Source: Enoplolaimus lenunculus (Eukaryota). From it: a DNA stretch of 64,000 bases. Positions 1-12,017 of this stretch are shown piece after piece (the first letter of the stretch is position 1; each line of letters starts with the position of its first letter). The notes under the pieces were generated by a model. The model was not told the DNA's origin. It saw only the letters and a list, made by a program, of their open reading frames with translations, and did no database searches. The stretch is taken from contig JASANG010003752.1 in NCBI GenBank assembly GCA_030248215.1, positions 310,001 through 374,000 of the forward strand, written 5' to 3'. The position numbers and the translations under genes were made by a program.

Positions 1-489
1 TTTCTATATTAGCATTATTTCTATATGAATATAAAGGGAAACAGACACCAATGTCTGGTTACACCCAGTTGTCGGTCCTGAAGACCTTGTGTTGAACCAG
101 ATGTTTATGGACAGCCATTTGAAGGTGTATTTTTGAAAGCTGATATTTAAGTTTTTGCTTTGATAAAGGCTATAAAGTAAGTCACATATGTTTATCATTT
201 GATCGTACATGTAAGCATGTCACACATGCTTGCCCGTTATTTACACATGCAATGTAATGCAGTGCACTGTATCTATGCTAGCTGCCACCATACGGTCAAC
301 ATATAATCGACGATAGAAGCAGTTGGAGAAAACTGCTAGTTCGAAGCCACCTGCAACCCGCTTTTACAGCTGCGAAAGTTCTGTATGTGAAGTCCCTGTT
401 TTTACCTTTAGTTCCAGTAGAGAAATAGCGTAGCTAGTAAAGCTCGCTCTCTAAAAGTGCTGTATGACCAAAAAAGTACATTATGTTAA

Positions 490-758
490 GCCCTATTCAC
501 ATGTACGAGTTTTTGCTGCGAGAACTTGCAGCTGCATCTTGCACTTGCAAGCTTTGCTTAAAATACTATTCGAAAAACTTGTACCTGTAAATAATCCATT
601 AATAATAATAGCACGGAAATTAGCTCACGTGTGAATAACCATGCAAGTTCACTGAATTTATTGCTGCCGCTTTCTCATTTGCTGATCAAAAATGCAAGTT
701 TTCGTGCAGTTTGAAGCTGTAATTTCTCGCAGGAAAAACTTGCACGTGTGAATAGAGC
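490..758. mobile_element. Palindromic MITE upstream of the ANT gene
   Basis: Imperfect terminal inverted repeats GCCCTATTCACATGTACGAGTTTTT / AAAAACTTGCACGTGTGAATAGAGC, flanked by TTAA / TTTA. Superfamily not assigned. Confidence 0.65.
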
Positions 759-959
759 TTTAGGTTTCATTCCACATTCTTCAGCCATTACCTTTTCATC
801 CAGTTCTAGTACAAACCGCACTTCCGTATATAGAGTTCTGTTCTTCATTGTATATGTAATAATTGAGATGCAATTTTAGACAATTTGAGCTTTTTGTATA
901 ACTGGCAAGTTACAGATAACACATACGTAGCGTCGTTCATCAGTACTCAAATATTCATC

Positions 960-3900
960 ATGAGCGATAAGAAGGGCTTTGATCCAACAAAGTTTTTCAT
1001 AGATCTTGCTAGCGGTGGAACGGCGGCTGCCATCTCAAAAACAGTCGTAGCTCCCATTGAGCGAGTGAAGTTGTTGTTGCAAGTTAGTTGCCTAAATCAT
1101 CTATATTTCTAATTAGTCACTGGCTGTTTAATGAAACCAAGACCAGCGATGATAGTCTGAATGGAGAAGTTGAGACTGAAACAATCTTAAATGCTTTACG
1201 CCTGAGAATTGAAACATTGGTGAAAGTCACCGAAATGTTTTGCACCAATACCGAAACATTTCAGAAAAATTATAAATCAATAATTCTGAAGGTCCTTTTC
1301 TGATCGAAAAACGTTAATAGTATAAGAGTGAAAAATGAAACAACGTAAAATGCGGTATATTCATTCATTTGGTACTATGTTGTGCAGACCGTGTAGTTCC
1401 AACAATCCACTTTCTATTTGCATACTAGCAGCTGTGTGATCAGTACAATTCTTCAATCAAACGCAGTTTACATTTCAGTATTTGTTTGGGCTGCCCGAAC
1501 AGCAATTGTCGTTTGTGACATCCCAGTTATCAACTGGGGCAAATAGCTATTTTTGGGCACGACATATATACAATATTTTCGGCTGGTTCTACCTTAAAGG
1601 ACAATGTGTATAATATAGGTGAAGTAAACTGTCTGCTGATTAGAGTTATCTGTCAATTTCAGGTGCAACATGCGCAGAAAACAATAGCAGCAGATCAACG
1701 TTACAAAGGCATTATCGATGTGCTCATTCGTGTACCAAAAGAGCAAGGATTCTTTTCCTTATGGCGAGGCAATTTGGCGAACGTCATCCGATATTTCCCG
1801 ACACAGGCGTTAAACTTTGCATTTAAGGACACTTACAAAAAGATGTTTCTCGATGGCGTCGATCGAAAGAAACAGTTTTGGAGATTTTTTGCAGGTAACC
1901 GCAAAGGCTGAAATTAATTTTAAACGATGCATAGTAAAGTTGCAAATGATATACTATCAGGGTGCAACCGGAATTCCGGTTCCGGCATTTTTTCACCTTC
2001 CGGTTCCGGTTCCGGTAAATCTTTACCGGATTTAAAAATTCCGGTGTTATAATTTGGCCGTTTTCTTAACTTTGCTAATTTTTAAGAATCTCTTTTGAAA
2101 GCCACTTGTACTCCAAATATAAGCCAATGATGGTGGATTTCACTTCAGTCGACGACGAAAATCTAAAATACAACAAATAAAATAAATACCTATGTTCGAC
2201 TAAGGTTATTTCACAAATAATAGAGCAAAAAATAAGAATAAAATGAAATTTTTGGCGAAATGCATTTTTCACTTTCCGGTTCCGGTTCCGGTAAAATTTT
2301 CAAATTCCGGTTCCGGTTCCGGTAAATTGTAATTCCGGTTGCACCCTGTATACTATATACAAAAGGATGCTTTGAAGTCTTATTGAAGATTCGATTTTGG
2401 ATCAACTCACCAAAACAGGTAGCACAAATCGTTTTGGTTCCGTTATAATTTTCAAATTGTTCCGTGATGAAATCGATAACGTTACAGAAAAATCTGCTAA
2501 CTTTATTGCGTTAACTGGTCGCTCATCAAATATTACGCGACAAGTTTTCAAATGCTACCTATGTCTAGTTTCTGTACATGATTTCAAATGCTGATAATAA
2601 AAGAAGCTAATTGCTTTAGGAAATCTTGCTAGTGGTGGTGCAGCTGGCGCAACATCGTTGTGTTTCGTGTACCCGCTTGATTTTGCTCGAACCCGTCTTG
2701 CAGCAGATGTTGGCAAAGGTGCCAACCGAGAATTCAAGGGTCTTGGAGATTGTCTGATAAAAATAGCGAAAAGTGACGGCGTTGTTGGTTTGTACAGGTA
2801 TCAATTATGTTCCAATCACGTGTGTAATTACTGTATGTTTACTGCTTTTCTATATTTGACTGATTGTAAATTCCGCGTTGAATACAATTTGCTTATTTTA
2901 CTCACATTTAATAAAGTCAACTTTTTAAAGCAAAATGTGCTTTCGGTTTTTTGTAACTTAAATGTTGTTAATCAGGAGATGCTCAATTGTGAAAAATGGA
3001 ATTTTCGTTTCAGAGGTTTCATAGTTTCTGTCCAAGGCATCATCATCTATCGTGCCGCATATTTTGGTGCTTTTGATACTGCTAAAGTATTGGTCGCGAG
3101 TGATCCGAAGAACTTGAACTTTTTCGCTGCATGGGCTATTGCTCAGGTACATTTATGCTAGTTTCAAGAGTCATATTATCAAAGTACAATTGATATGTTT
3201 CTCAGCTCTTGTAATGGGTGACCAATAAGAGCGTAGGCATGTAACGAAATATATCTGACGTATCAAATGGTTCTGGTGAGGCTTAGCAAGCCATATACCT
3301 CTGTATGACAATCTTATGTAGTTATATATTGTTTTACCACTAAGTCAACCAAATGAGCACTGTAGGTTATTGTTAGATTTACAATCAATAACAAGACGTT
3401 TTATGTTCTCTGTCCCTTTCGGAAGTTGAACGATTGAACTCACGTCTCCAGCTTGCTCTATCTAGCACATTTTGCCCTCTGAGCCCAGCAATTCACGTGT
3501 CTTTGTATGCCAGTTCTTCTTGTCTCCCTCTTGGTTTGCTACACTACCTCCGTTTCTAGTCTGGTATCAATGAACAGATTTTCTCTTCGAGTCGAGAGTC
3601 CGTACAATCCTAGTCAATGTTTCCTTAGAGCGTCGCCTATTCCGCAAAGGCCAGAACGCCGTAAACATTTTTACGTCGGCGGTCGCCTATTCCACAAAGG
3701 CCAGAGCGCCGTAAACATTTTTACGTCGGTGCGCTATTGCCAAGGTCCCAACAGGAACTAATCTTGCCGGAACAGGAACAGGAACCGGAATTTTAAATAA
3801 TTTCCATTATCGAATAACTGTTGGACTTTTTCAAAAACTGCCGAAAATGGCTTAAACAAAGCTTCAGCTATTTTATCATCAAGTTTTGCGTAAACACAAC

Positions 3901-4625
3901 AAAACCAGTGCACGTGGAAATAACAATTTGTCAAAGACCAAGTTTCCAGTGTTTGAATGATTATGATCCTGCATCTTTGTATGCAGGTACAGGAACATGG
4001 TTAGGAATGGGAATGGAATTTTTGCAGGATATCCTGCCGTAACAGGAATTTCGTTTGAACCCTGGTATTACTGTTACTCTAACTCTGGAGTCAATTTCCA
4101 AGTTTCGGCTCAAAAAGCAATGCTGGTCGATTTTTCAGAGGTATATATGTCGCTGGGGTCTAGTACTACAGTAAGAGCGCGCTACTTACCCACGACCGAG
4201 GTTCCGCTGTTACTTAGAATGCCAATATACAGGACACTGGAAGTCGTATCCACATCCTGTACGTTTGCTAGCACTTCTGTATTGTTCGAGGACGGTATGT
4301 GTAGACGTTGTGTAACTATAGATTTACAACATGTTTTTGTCTCTGATTTTACAGTTTTCTCATTTGTGTATGTAACTGTTTACAGGTGGTAACAGTATCA
4401 AGTGGTATCGTATCTTATCCGTGGGACACCGTTCGTCGACGCATGATGATGCAATCTGGACGCCAAGACATTCTCTACAAAAACACTCTCGACTGTTGGA
4501 AGAAGATTTTACAACAAGAAGGTCCAACTGCATTCTTCAAAGGCGCTCTGTCCAATGTCTTCAGAGGCACAGGTGGTGCGCTTGTGTTGGCAATTTATGC
4601 TGAAATTCAAAAATACATTTACTAA
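960..4625 (+). CDS. ant-1: Mitochondrial ADP/ATP translocase (adenine nucleotide translocator, SLC25A4/5/6 family), 5 exons, 301 aa
   Basis: Exons 960-1082, 1663-1894, 2620-2797, 3014-3146, 4386-4625; all introns GT-AG with consistent phases; 906 nt in total. Carrier motifs [20 protein letters not shown] and YPWDTVRRR, the ANT signature RRRMMM, and [23 protein letters not shown]. Confidence 0.97.
1958..2348. mobile_element. hAT-type MITE in ANT intron 2
   Basis: TIRs CAGGGTGCAACCGGAATT...AATTCCGGTTGCACCCTG, perfect 8-bp TSD TATACTAT, internal (CCGGTT)n subterminal repeats. Confidence 0.88.
3633..3729. repeat. Tandem duplication of a ~50-bp unit
   Basis: TCGCCTATTCCRCAAAGGCCAGARCGCCGTAAACATTTTTACGTCGG occurs twice in tandem. 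Confidence 0.85.
3741..4064. mobile_element. hAT-type MITE (CAGGAA-repeat family) in ANT intron 4
   Basis: Homologous to 31820-32203 at both ends (CAAGGTCCCAACAGGAAC...GAACCCTG); TSD degenerate. Confidence 0.7.
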
Positions 4626-6507
4626 CCACTGACTAAAAGAACATAAGACACTTGTCTGAAATTTATTTATCTCCAGTTGAGTATTGTAGCACTCTGAACT
4701 GAATGCATTGATGGTTGATGGTTGTATTTCCTAGATGTACTTCTATTATTGAATTATACGAAATGTAACGGTCTCCTAGCGTAACAGCAAAAATTGTATT
4801 TTAGCAGGCGAAACTCAGAAAATATCTCTATTCTGGCTGATCCTTTTGGCTTAAACCGTTTATATTATAAGAAAGTAAACGAAATTTCGCTTCGTGGCGA
4901 CCAAATTTACCTAATAAATAAAGTTCAAGCTGGTTTATGTTTGGTTTGTGGGCTTGGTTTCAAAGCACTAATCATTTTGGCGTCTTGTACGCGTACAAAT
5001 TGAAAATTAAATGTTTCTAATTAGCGAAAGGTATACATTTTCATATTTTTAATGGTTTAGTTGTGTTAAATGGCGGTAGATACTTTTTGTTCGCTGTAAA
5101 TTCTTGTTGTCATTTTGAGATAACTGCTGTAAAATGCTTCATCCGACCCAAAATGACTAGTTTCATAAAAGATTAGGTTAAGTTTAGCGTTTGGCTTATG
5201 CAGGAGAATAAACTGTAACGTTTGGGGACTTTGCCTTCTGTCAGATTAGCACTAGTGTGGGTGGAAGTAAATAAGTACCGCTAAGTTAAATAGTATTTTT
5301 GCTGACATACGGGAGCGCACTGTAAGACGGGATTTGGGGCACACAATCAGGAAGGTTTTGGGAAATGACGCATCGTTCGTAATAAACCCTACCCTAGCGC
5401 GTGTTACAAAATGCTCTGTAACATGTATGTGGGTACGGCTGTGTCATGTTCTAGGGTAGGGTTAACGCAAATTTTGCGTTTCTGCAAGAGTTAACGCATG
5501 ACAATTTTGAAAATTGACACGTGTTAACCCTACCTTATAGAGTTTTTGGTTGCAAAATGAAATTTTTTATAGTGAACGATGCATTACTACTGCGATATAG
5601 TTATCTCAAAAACTGATTGATTAGAATTTACTGTGATTTTCGGTCATCTAGTCATTGTTACGATTATATTTTTGATGTTTTATATACGGTTAGATTTGTT
5701 ATGTCAAGTTTATCAATAAAACACTCATATTGTGGAAAACGAAGAAAATCAATATTGTGTATCGGGCATTTATTACATATAACGGTGCAGCCTAAGGGAA
5801 AAATAGCGAATACGAAGTTCCATCAAACTGTAGTAGAGCAGGAGGCCTGCTTTCGAGCCTTGGGTCCCGGTGTCACTTCATTTCTTCTCCGAATGTTAGT
5901 TTATAAAGAGAACTTCCACCCAAAATTATTCATGACAATTGCTTCACCGTCGCCGTACGAATACTCCCCATGATAAGTCTTTTTCGGGACTTTTACGACC
6001 GTTTTTCTCTGTTTCTCGTGCTATTTATTTCCTCTATGTGGCGTAGGCGTGCAAAGCAACGTGAGATAATAATTTCAGGATTTGTTTCAGATTGAGACAA
6101 AGTTGACAGTAAGATACTAGTAGTGAAAGTGACTCTGCTCGCTGATTGCCAGGGTGTAAACTGATAGTAAAAATAACGGAAATGGTGAATGACTGTTTTG
6201 GATGTGAACAGATATGAAGAACCTGTTCAGTGCACAGCCAAGATCTCGTAAAACTTAAGGCGTAAAATGGAATAATAGTATGAGAAGCAACAAGAGGAAC
6301 GGTCGTGAACAATACAGTTCTGAGCAACGATTTTTGCGGGGAAATATTTTCGTCCTGTGACGAATGGGGGAAAGTGTCCTGAATAAGTTTTGGGGAGAGG
6401 AATAATTGGCGGCAAATTAATAGGGAAGCTTCGTATTTTGTTGTGCCTTTCAGTGAGCTTCCTGGCTCAGGATTTCCGATTGTTCCTTTTGCATATTTAC
6501 TGCTTTG

Positions 6508-6705
6508 CAGGGTGTAACCGGACATCCGTTTGTGGTAAAATTCTGTATCGGTTTCCGTTCTACCGGAAAATTGTTTATTTTTATGTTCAAACCCGGTGAA
6601 CATTTGCACGTTTCAATTGTGTTGGCAGAAAAATGAAACCTATTTGAAATTTATATACTTCAATATCCGTTTTCCGTTTCCGGTATTTGTACTGTTTACA
6701 CCCTG
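6508..6705. mobile_element. hAT-type MITE
   Basis: CAGGGTGTAA...TTACACCCTG TIRs with perfect 8-bp TSD CTGCTTTG. Confidence 0.85.
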
Positions 6706-8682
6706 CTGCTTTGCCTTTGTGCGTAGTAATTTTCTTATCGCGTTTTAGTTTACGCAATTATGTTTATAGTTTTCTATTGCATACACTAAACCATACACCG
6801 TTTGTGATACGTCAATCTCTTTTTCAATATCTTTTCGACTTTTAAACAATTTATCTGTTTCTTCACTGCGTATTTCTATTACACATTTGCGCACTGCACA
6901 TAACCGTTGGTGCAGGGGGTTAACAAGCAAAAAATGTGCCGTGAAATTAATATCGGTCGTCTGTTTTCAGCAAAATGTGCTTTAAAAGGGAGCGTATAGT
7001 GTGCGCACAGTTTGCCTGCAATTTGTTTGAAAAAGTGAGAAAAAAATAAATTTGCAGTGTTGTTTGTGCAATATGCGTAAACGGCAACAGAGCTAACGCT
7101 TGGAATTCAGTTGTGTTTAAAACAACTAATTGTATATACAAGATGGACGCGCAAGAGGTAAGTTACGTGTTGCAAATATATATACCAGCTGTTTTAAATA
7201 AGGTTGGTTGACGCGTAAAATTTTTTAAAATTTATTTGTAAAATTCTCAATCATCGGTTCAAAATTGAAATGTTTCTTTAGGCGAAAATCAACAGATGAA
7301 AGCATTCTAGTGCAGATTATAGATTGCAAAAACGTTTAAACATTTGGTGTGTTAGCCAGTTTAAAGGTTTACGTTCATATTCATATCTTGGATTGTATAA
7401 AAAGGCGCAAAAACTAAGCGTATTTTAGGTGTTTGGAAACATTATGGAGGTGAAATAAAAGCAGGTATCTGGGTGTAACCGGGTATCTGTTTCCGGTAAA
7501 AATATTAAAAATTTCGATGCATCCACCATTTTTTCTCTGAAATCTTTGAATGTGTTGGTAGAAAAAAACATTTTTGAAACTTATACTTAAATATCGGTTT
7601 TGCGTTTCCGTTATTTTGATCACTATCCGTTTCCGTTACTTTTGCTATCCGTATATGAGGGTGCAACCTGATATCCGGCTCCGGCAAAAACTCGGCATCC
7701 GGCTCCGGTATTTTCAATTGCCGGATATTATTTTTAAAAAACTTCAAAAAATTTATACCATCATTCGTATATATATATGCCAAGTACCATCAGAGTGACG
7801 GACTTTCTTTTAACATATTTTTTCTGTCACACATGTATCATAGATAGTAAAAATTGAAAATTTTTCGCAATAAATATAGTAATGCACCGTCCACTTTATT
7901 TTGCGTCCATGCTGTGAAAATGTGAATCCTCCTATCCCAAGTAGTAAATGGCGGTTTTATGTTTTCAACATCAAGTCGGAAATTGAAAACATATTCCTTA
8001 ATTTAAGAGCTCCATTTCCCTTGTATTATTAAACTTTGTATTCAATTTCCAACTTGAGATAAAGGTCAAAAACAAAAATTACTACGTGTATTCAGTTGAA
8101 AATTTTTCGCTTAAAGACATAGTAAATTGAAACTTTTTTCCTTAATGTAGAATTTTGAATGTGATGGGTAACAATAACGCTGAAAAATCAGAATCACGTT
8201 ACTATTACTCCTAAGGCTAAGCCTAAATTCAGCGTAAAACTGGGTCTGTAAATAAGTAAGCAAAATTAATAGCTCGTTTTTCAGCCAGTGATAGGCACAG
8301 ACGGGAAATGAAACGTTTCTGTCTTGGTCAACTTTTGATCATTACCGAAAACCATAAAATTTTCAAAAGAAATTATTTCTAGAGTCGATTTCAAATCACA
8401 GAGAATCAAGAAACCGAGAAGTGCTAAATACCGAGACTTGCTGAGACTGAGACCCTGACTCCAATCCCTAATCTTACTCACCTCTGACTTGCAGAAGCGG
8501 GATACCCTTAAAAGGAACATGAGCCAAACGAATATTTCAACTGAACGCAACGCTACCAAAAGATAGAATAGTATAATAGAGTCGTTGTTAAAGTGTTAGA
8601 AATGCATCTGTATGAAATGTTAAACTGTCACGTACTGTAGTGACCCGAATAATGCGTCATCCATTTTATTGTGTGCCCCGCA

Positions 8683-10228
8683 TGTAGAATTTGGCGACGC
8701 CAATTTCCAACTTGAGTTTGGAAAAAGGCTACAAATAGGAAATTGAAAACAGAAAATGCGACCGAAAGGCTTAACGGACCCGACCAAAATGTATTGATAA
8801 GAATGTTAGATCTCAACATGCCATGGTCGGCCATTATTTTCTTGATTTGTTCAGAACCGTCCCTACAACTCTCAGGGGCCTCGCTTTTTCGCATAGAAAT
8901 AAAAGAACCTGTAACTCTAGAGCGTATTCCGTGGGTTACCCAAAACACTCTCTATTCTCGAATACCACTATCTAAATCACCAAACTTTATACTTCACTAA
9001 GAGCAGTATACTTCGGCTCACAAAAAAATAAAATTTTCACACACAGCTACGTGTCAGACCCAGGAGTTCTCAATAAAACAGGATACACAAACTTTTCCAC
9101 AATTGAAAAATAATACTCCGACAGGATGTTCAAATACGACACAAAAAACTCCACTGATTACTGAGTAAATTTCGTTGAAAAATTCGTAGTCACTACTTGT
9201 ACCAAACACCACAAACCTCTACTAAGGCCACACAGGCCACCAATTACTACTGCACACAGCAACGAACAAAACTAATTTACCAATAGGCAATGAATGAGTG
9301 AAACGGCAGTGTGTCCTTAAGGACAAACCAAACTCTGCTATTTTCTATAAACTACTTATCTGCGGTCTATACTTCCTTGGCCCAAAAACACTGTCTTCTG
9401 AGACTTTTCCGGAAATTTGACCAAAAATTTTCAGACTTGGGGTTTGCAAACACATCGTAATTCACCCTCAGGGCTTCACCAAAATCAAGACTTAGACCGC
9501 AAAGTATCTAAACAAAACTGCAATATTTTGCACACAGCTATATAGCAATTCCTAACACTAGCACACTTGTGCTATAACCAAGCAAATACAGCCAAGTAAA
9601 CTCCGAAGCTAATAAACGTCAATACGTAATAACAACCGGCGACAACTCTGCCGCGATACACAACTGAAACCCCCTCTCCTCGATGCAAGCGCACGACCCT
9701 TTTATACTCGTAAAATTAAAGGGCAGCATGAACTTTATCGACTTCACAAAACTCTAAAGAATTTCCGAAACTTAAATGATTAATTTAATTTATTAATCTT
9801 ATGGGTTTTTCTAATAGATTTCTAGCAAAAATTTACCACAAAATTATACAAAAAACTTATTTTGACGTAATACTTGGGTTTTTAGAACAAATTTTGAAAA
9901 TAAAATTTGAACTAAATTCTCCGAATTAAATATTTTGACCGGAATTCCAAGTTTCGAAAACAACCCTGATCTTTAAAATTGCATAAAAAGCCAAAAAAAT
10001 CCCATGTTTTGCCGAACATCCGCAAAATTCAAAACAAAATTTTCGCTAAAATTTACAAAAATTTACCCTAAAGCTAAGCTTGACTAGAATCTATAAATTT
10101 TAAAACAAAATTATTCCGCAAATTTAAGTAATTCCACGAACTAATAAATATTTGACTTCCCTCAGCGTTTAAGGTGCTTTCCAATTCTTAGAATTATCGT
10201 ATTTTAAATCTTCCGAAACGGGGCTACA
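8683..10228 (-). mobile_element. Putative solo or truncated LTR of a second family
   Basis: On the minus strand it starts TGTAGCCCCG (10228) and could end CTACA (8683 or 8636). TATAAAAG at 9706-9699. It has the same T/G-rich sense-strand skew as the neighbouring LTRs. No TSD or PBS found, so the left boundary is uncertain. Confidence 0.35.
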
Positions 10229-10504
10229 TAGCCATATTCGAATTTCAAAATTCTAATTTTAGCTCTCAAGCTTAATATCACACGCTTTGAACTTATAGCA
10301 AAAATGACTATCAGAATCTACGAATTATGTTAAAGTTTAAGTGCGTATTGTTTTCCCTTACACCCCGGTTCATTTTATCCAAGAGGCACACTCTCCTGTA
10401 TAATAATTGTAATCCGTACTCAAGCAAAACTTTAAAACCAGGCACCACAATAAATTATACACATGAAGAAGATACATTCAAATTACAGCACCTAAATACC
10501 ATGC

Positions 10505-11868
10505 TGTTGCGGACCACCCAGTTTGTTTTTTTAGAAAAACTTTCGGCCTAAATTTCAAACTAATGATAACTATGTATATTGTTTGCAAGTTTCGACTTTT
10601 TGTTTAACATTACTCCAATAATAACGTAACAATACTGATATAATTAGCCCATCTACGCAGTTTTTGTGTGTTGAAAACAATCTTTTTCAAAGCAGAACGC
10701 AACATTTTATAGTGTTTACGACACCAATAAACGCTTTAATTTTCACCCGCGTTTAGACGTTGGATTAAATAAACTGACAATGTTTTTTATGTAACAATTT
10801 TGCGAAATTAAAAATATTTAAATTTCGATGCGCATTTGACGTTGTTTATGTCTCAATATTGTGCTCAAAGGCTCGTGTTTCGTTAGTTTTAAGCAAATTT
10901 TTTGTATATTTTAGTTTATATAGGCTGTATGTGTCGTCGTGCCTAAAACGTACCGCAACTGGCGTTAATAATGTTTTTTATCCAAACATAAGTTGTTGAT
11001 TAATAATGGTAAGTTGAAAAAGTGTTATTGAACTAAGTTGGAAAACATTAAAGCCAGCATAAACTGTTTAATTTTTTAAATTGCAGTCCTTGCACTTTTG
11101 ATATTGATTATCCTCATTAGCATTTTAAAGAGTATTTTAACAAAAATTCCAGCAATGTTAATGGTTAACAATTTTAAATAGTAATGATGGTGTAGACCTA
11201 AAATATAAAAATATGTTGATAATTGTAGAGTGTTATAATGGTGTCATTAGTGCAAAATGATCTAAAAATTAATAGCTAAAGTGTACTTTTTCAGTACTGA
11301 GAAAAACATTAAAACTGATTTTTGGTTTTTCTTCATTCAAGCGGAAAAATATGTTAAAATTTAATTGCCTAAGAAGTTTAAAAGGCAAAATTTAAAAATT
11401 TTATTATCTTAGAGGTCTAATGAGCCTATCAATCAGGCTTGGAAACTAGAAATTTCGCACTATAAAAGAACAATTTTCAACTAAAAACGGCAGTTGGATC
11501 TCGAGGCGTGGTTGTTTTAAGTCAATTTTGAACAGTTTTATTGGGCAGTTTTTAGTGTGTGCAAGTTTGTTAATCGTTGACTTGAAATTGCTTTTGTCCA
11601 TTATAGAATTGGAGCGTTATTATTTACAATAACATACACTTGGTCAAGTAGTGATACAAATATTCCGTCAATTGTGGATCGAACTTCATTATCGTGTGAA
11701 TCATCTGAACTGTAAGTCAGGGCTGGCTATAGGAATAATGACCAATGTGTTAGTCTCGTTTGCTTAATGGGCGCTGTACGACATATTACATGATAATTTT
11801 TCTGTGGGTGAACTGAGGAGTCTAAAAATCATTAAAAATTTCATAGTCCCTGTATCTGAATCGTAACA
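10505..11868 (+). repeat. 5' LTR (1364 bp)
   Basis: Begins TGTTGCG and ends CGTAACA (imperfect inverted termini); first ~650 bp about 97% identical to 24017 onward by manual count; followed by the PBS. Confidence 0.92.
11461..11495 (+). promoter_or_regulatory. LTR promoter: TATA box and probable initiator
   Basis: TATAAAAG at 11461 with GCAGT ~30 nt downstream; the same arrangement is kept in the 3' LTR (TATAAAAG at 24854, GCAGT at ~24885). Confidence 0.65.
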
Positions 11869-11870
11869 TT

Positions 11871-11893
11871 TGGAGGTCCCACCGAGATTTGAA
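11871..11893 (+). other. Primer-binding site complementary to the tRNA-Gln 3' end
   Basis: TGGAGGTCCCACCGAGATTTGAA, 2 nt after the LTR end, is the reverse complement of TTCAAATCTCGGTGGGACCT-CCA, the conserved metazoan tRNA-Gln 3' arm (recalled from known sequences). Confidence 0.88.
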
Positions 11894-12017
11894 TCAAAAA
11901 TTTTGGAAAAATTTGACTTTCAAATTTTTCTCAGCGGTGGTAGCAGGTATCAAAGTCGGAGTTATTTTAATTTAGTTCGAAATCGGAGATTGAGGTTAAA
12001 AACTCTTGTTAATTTTT

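Noticed and set aside
6034..6609. 191-aa minus-strand ORF
   Set aside because: It starts inside a hAT MITE, crosses another MITE end, and has no recognisable motif.
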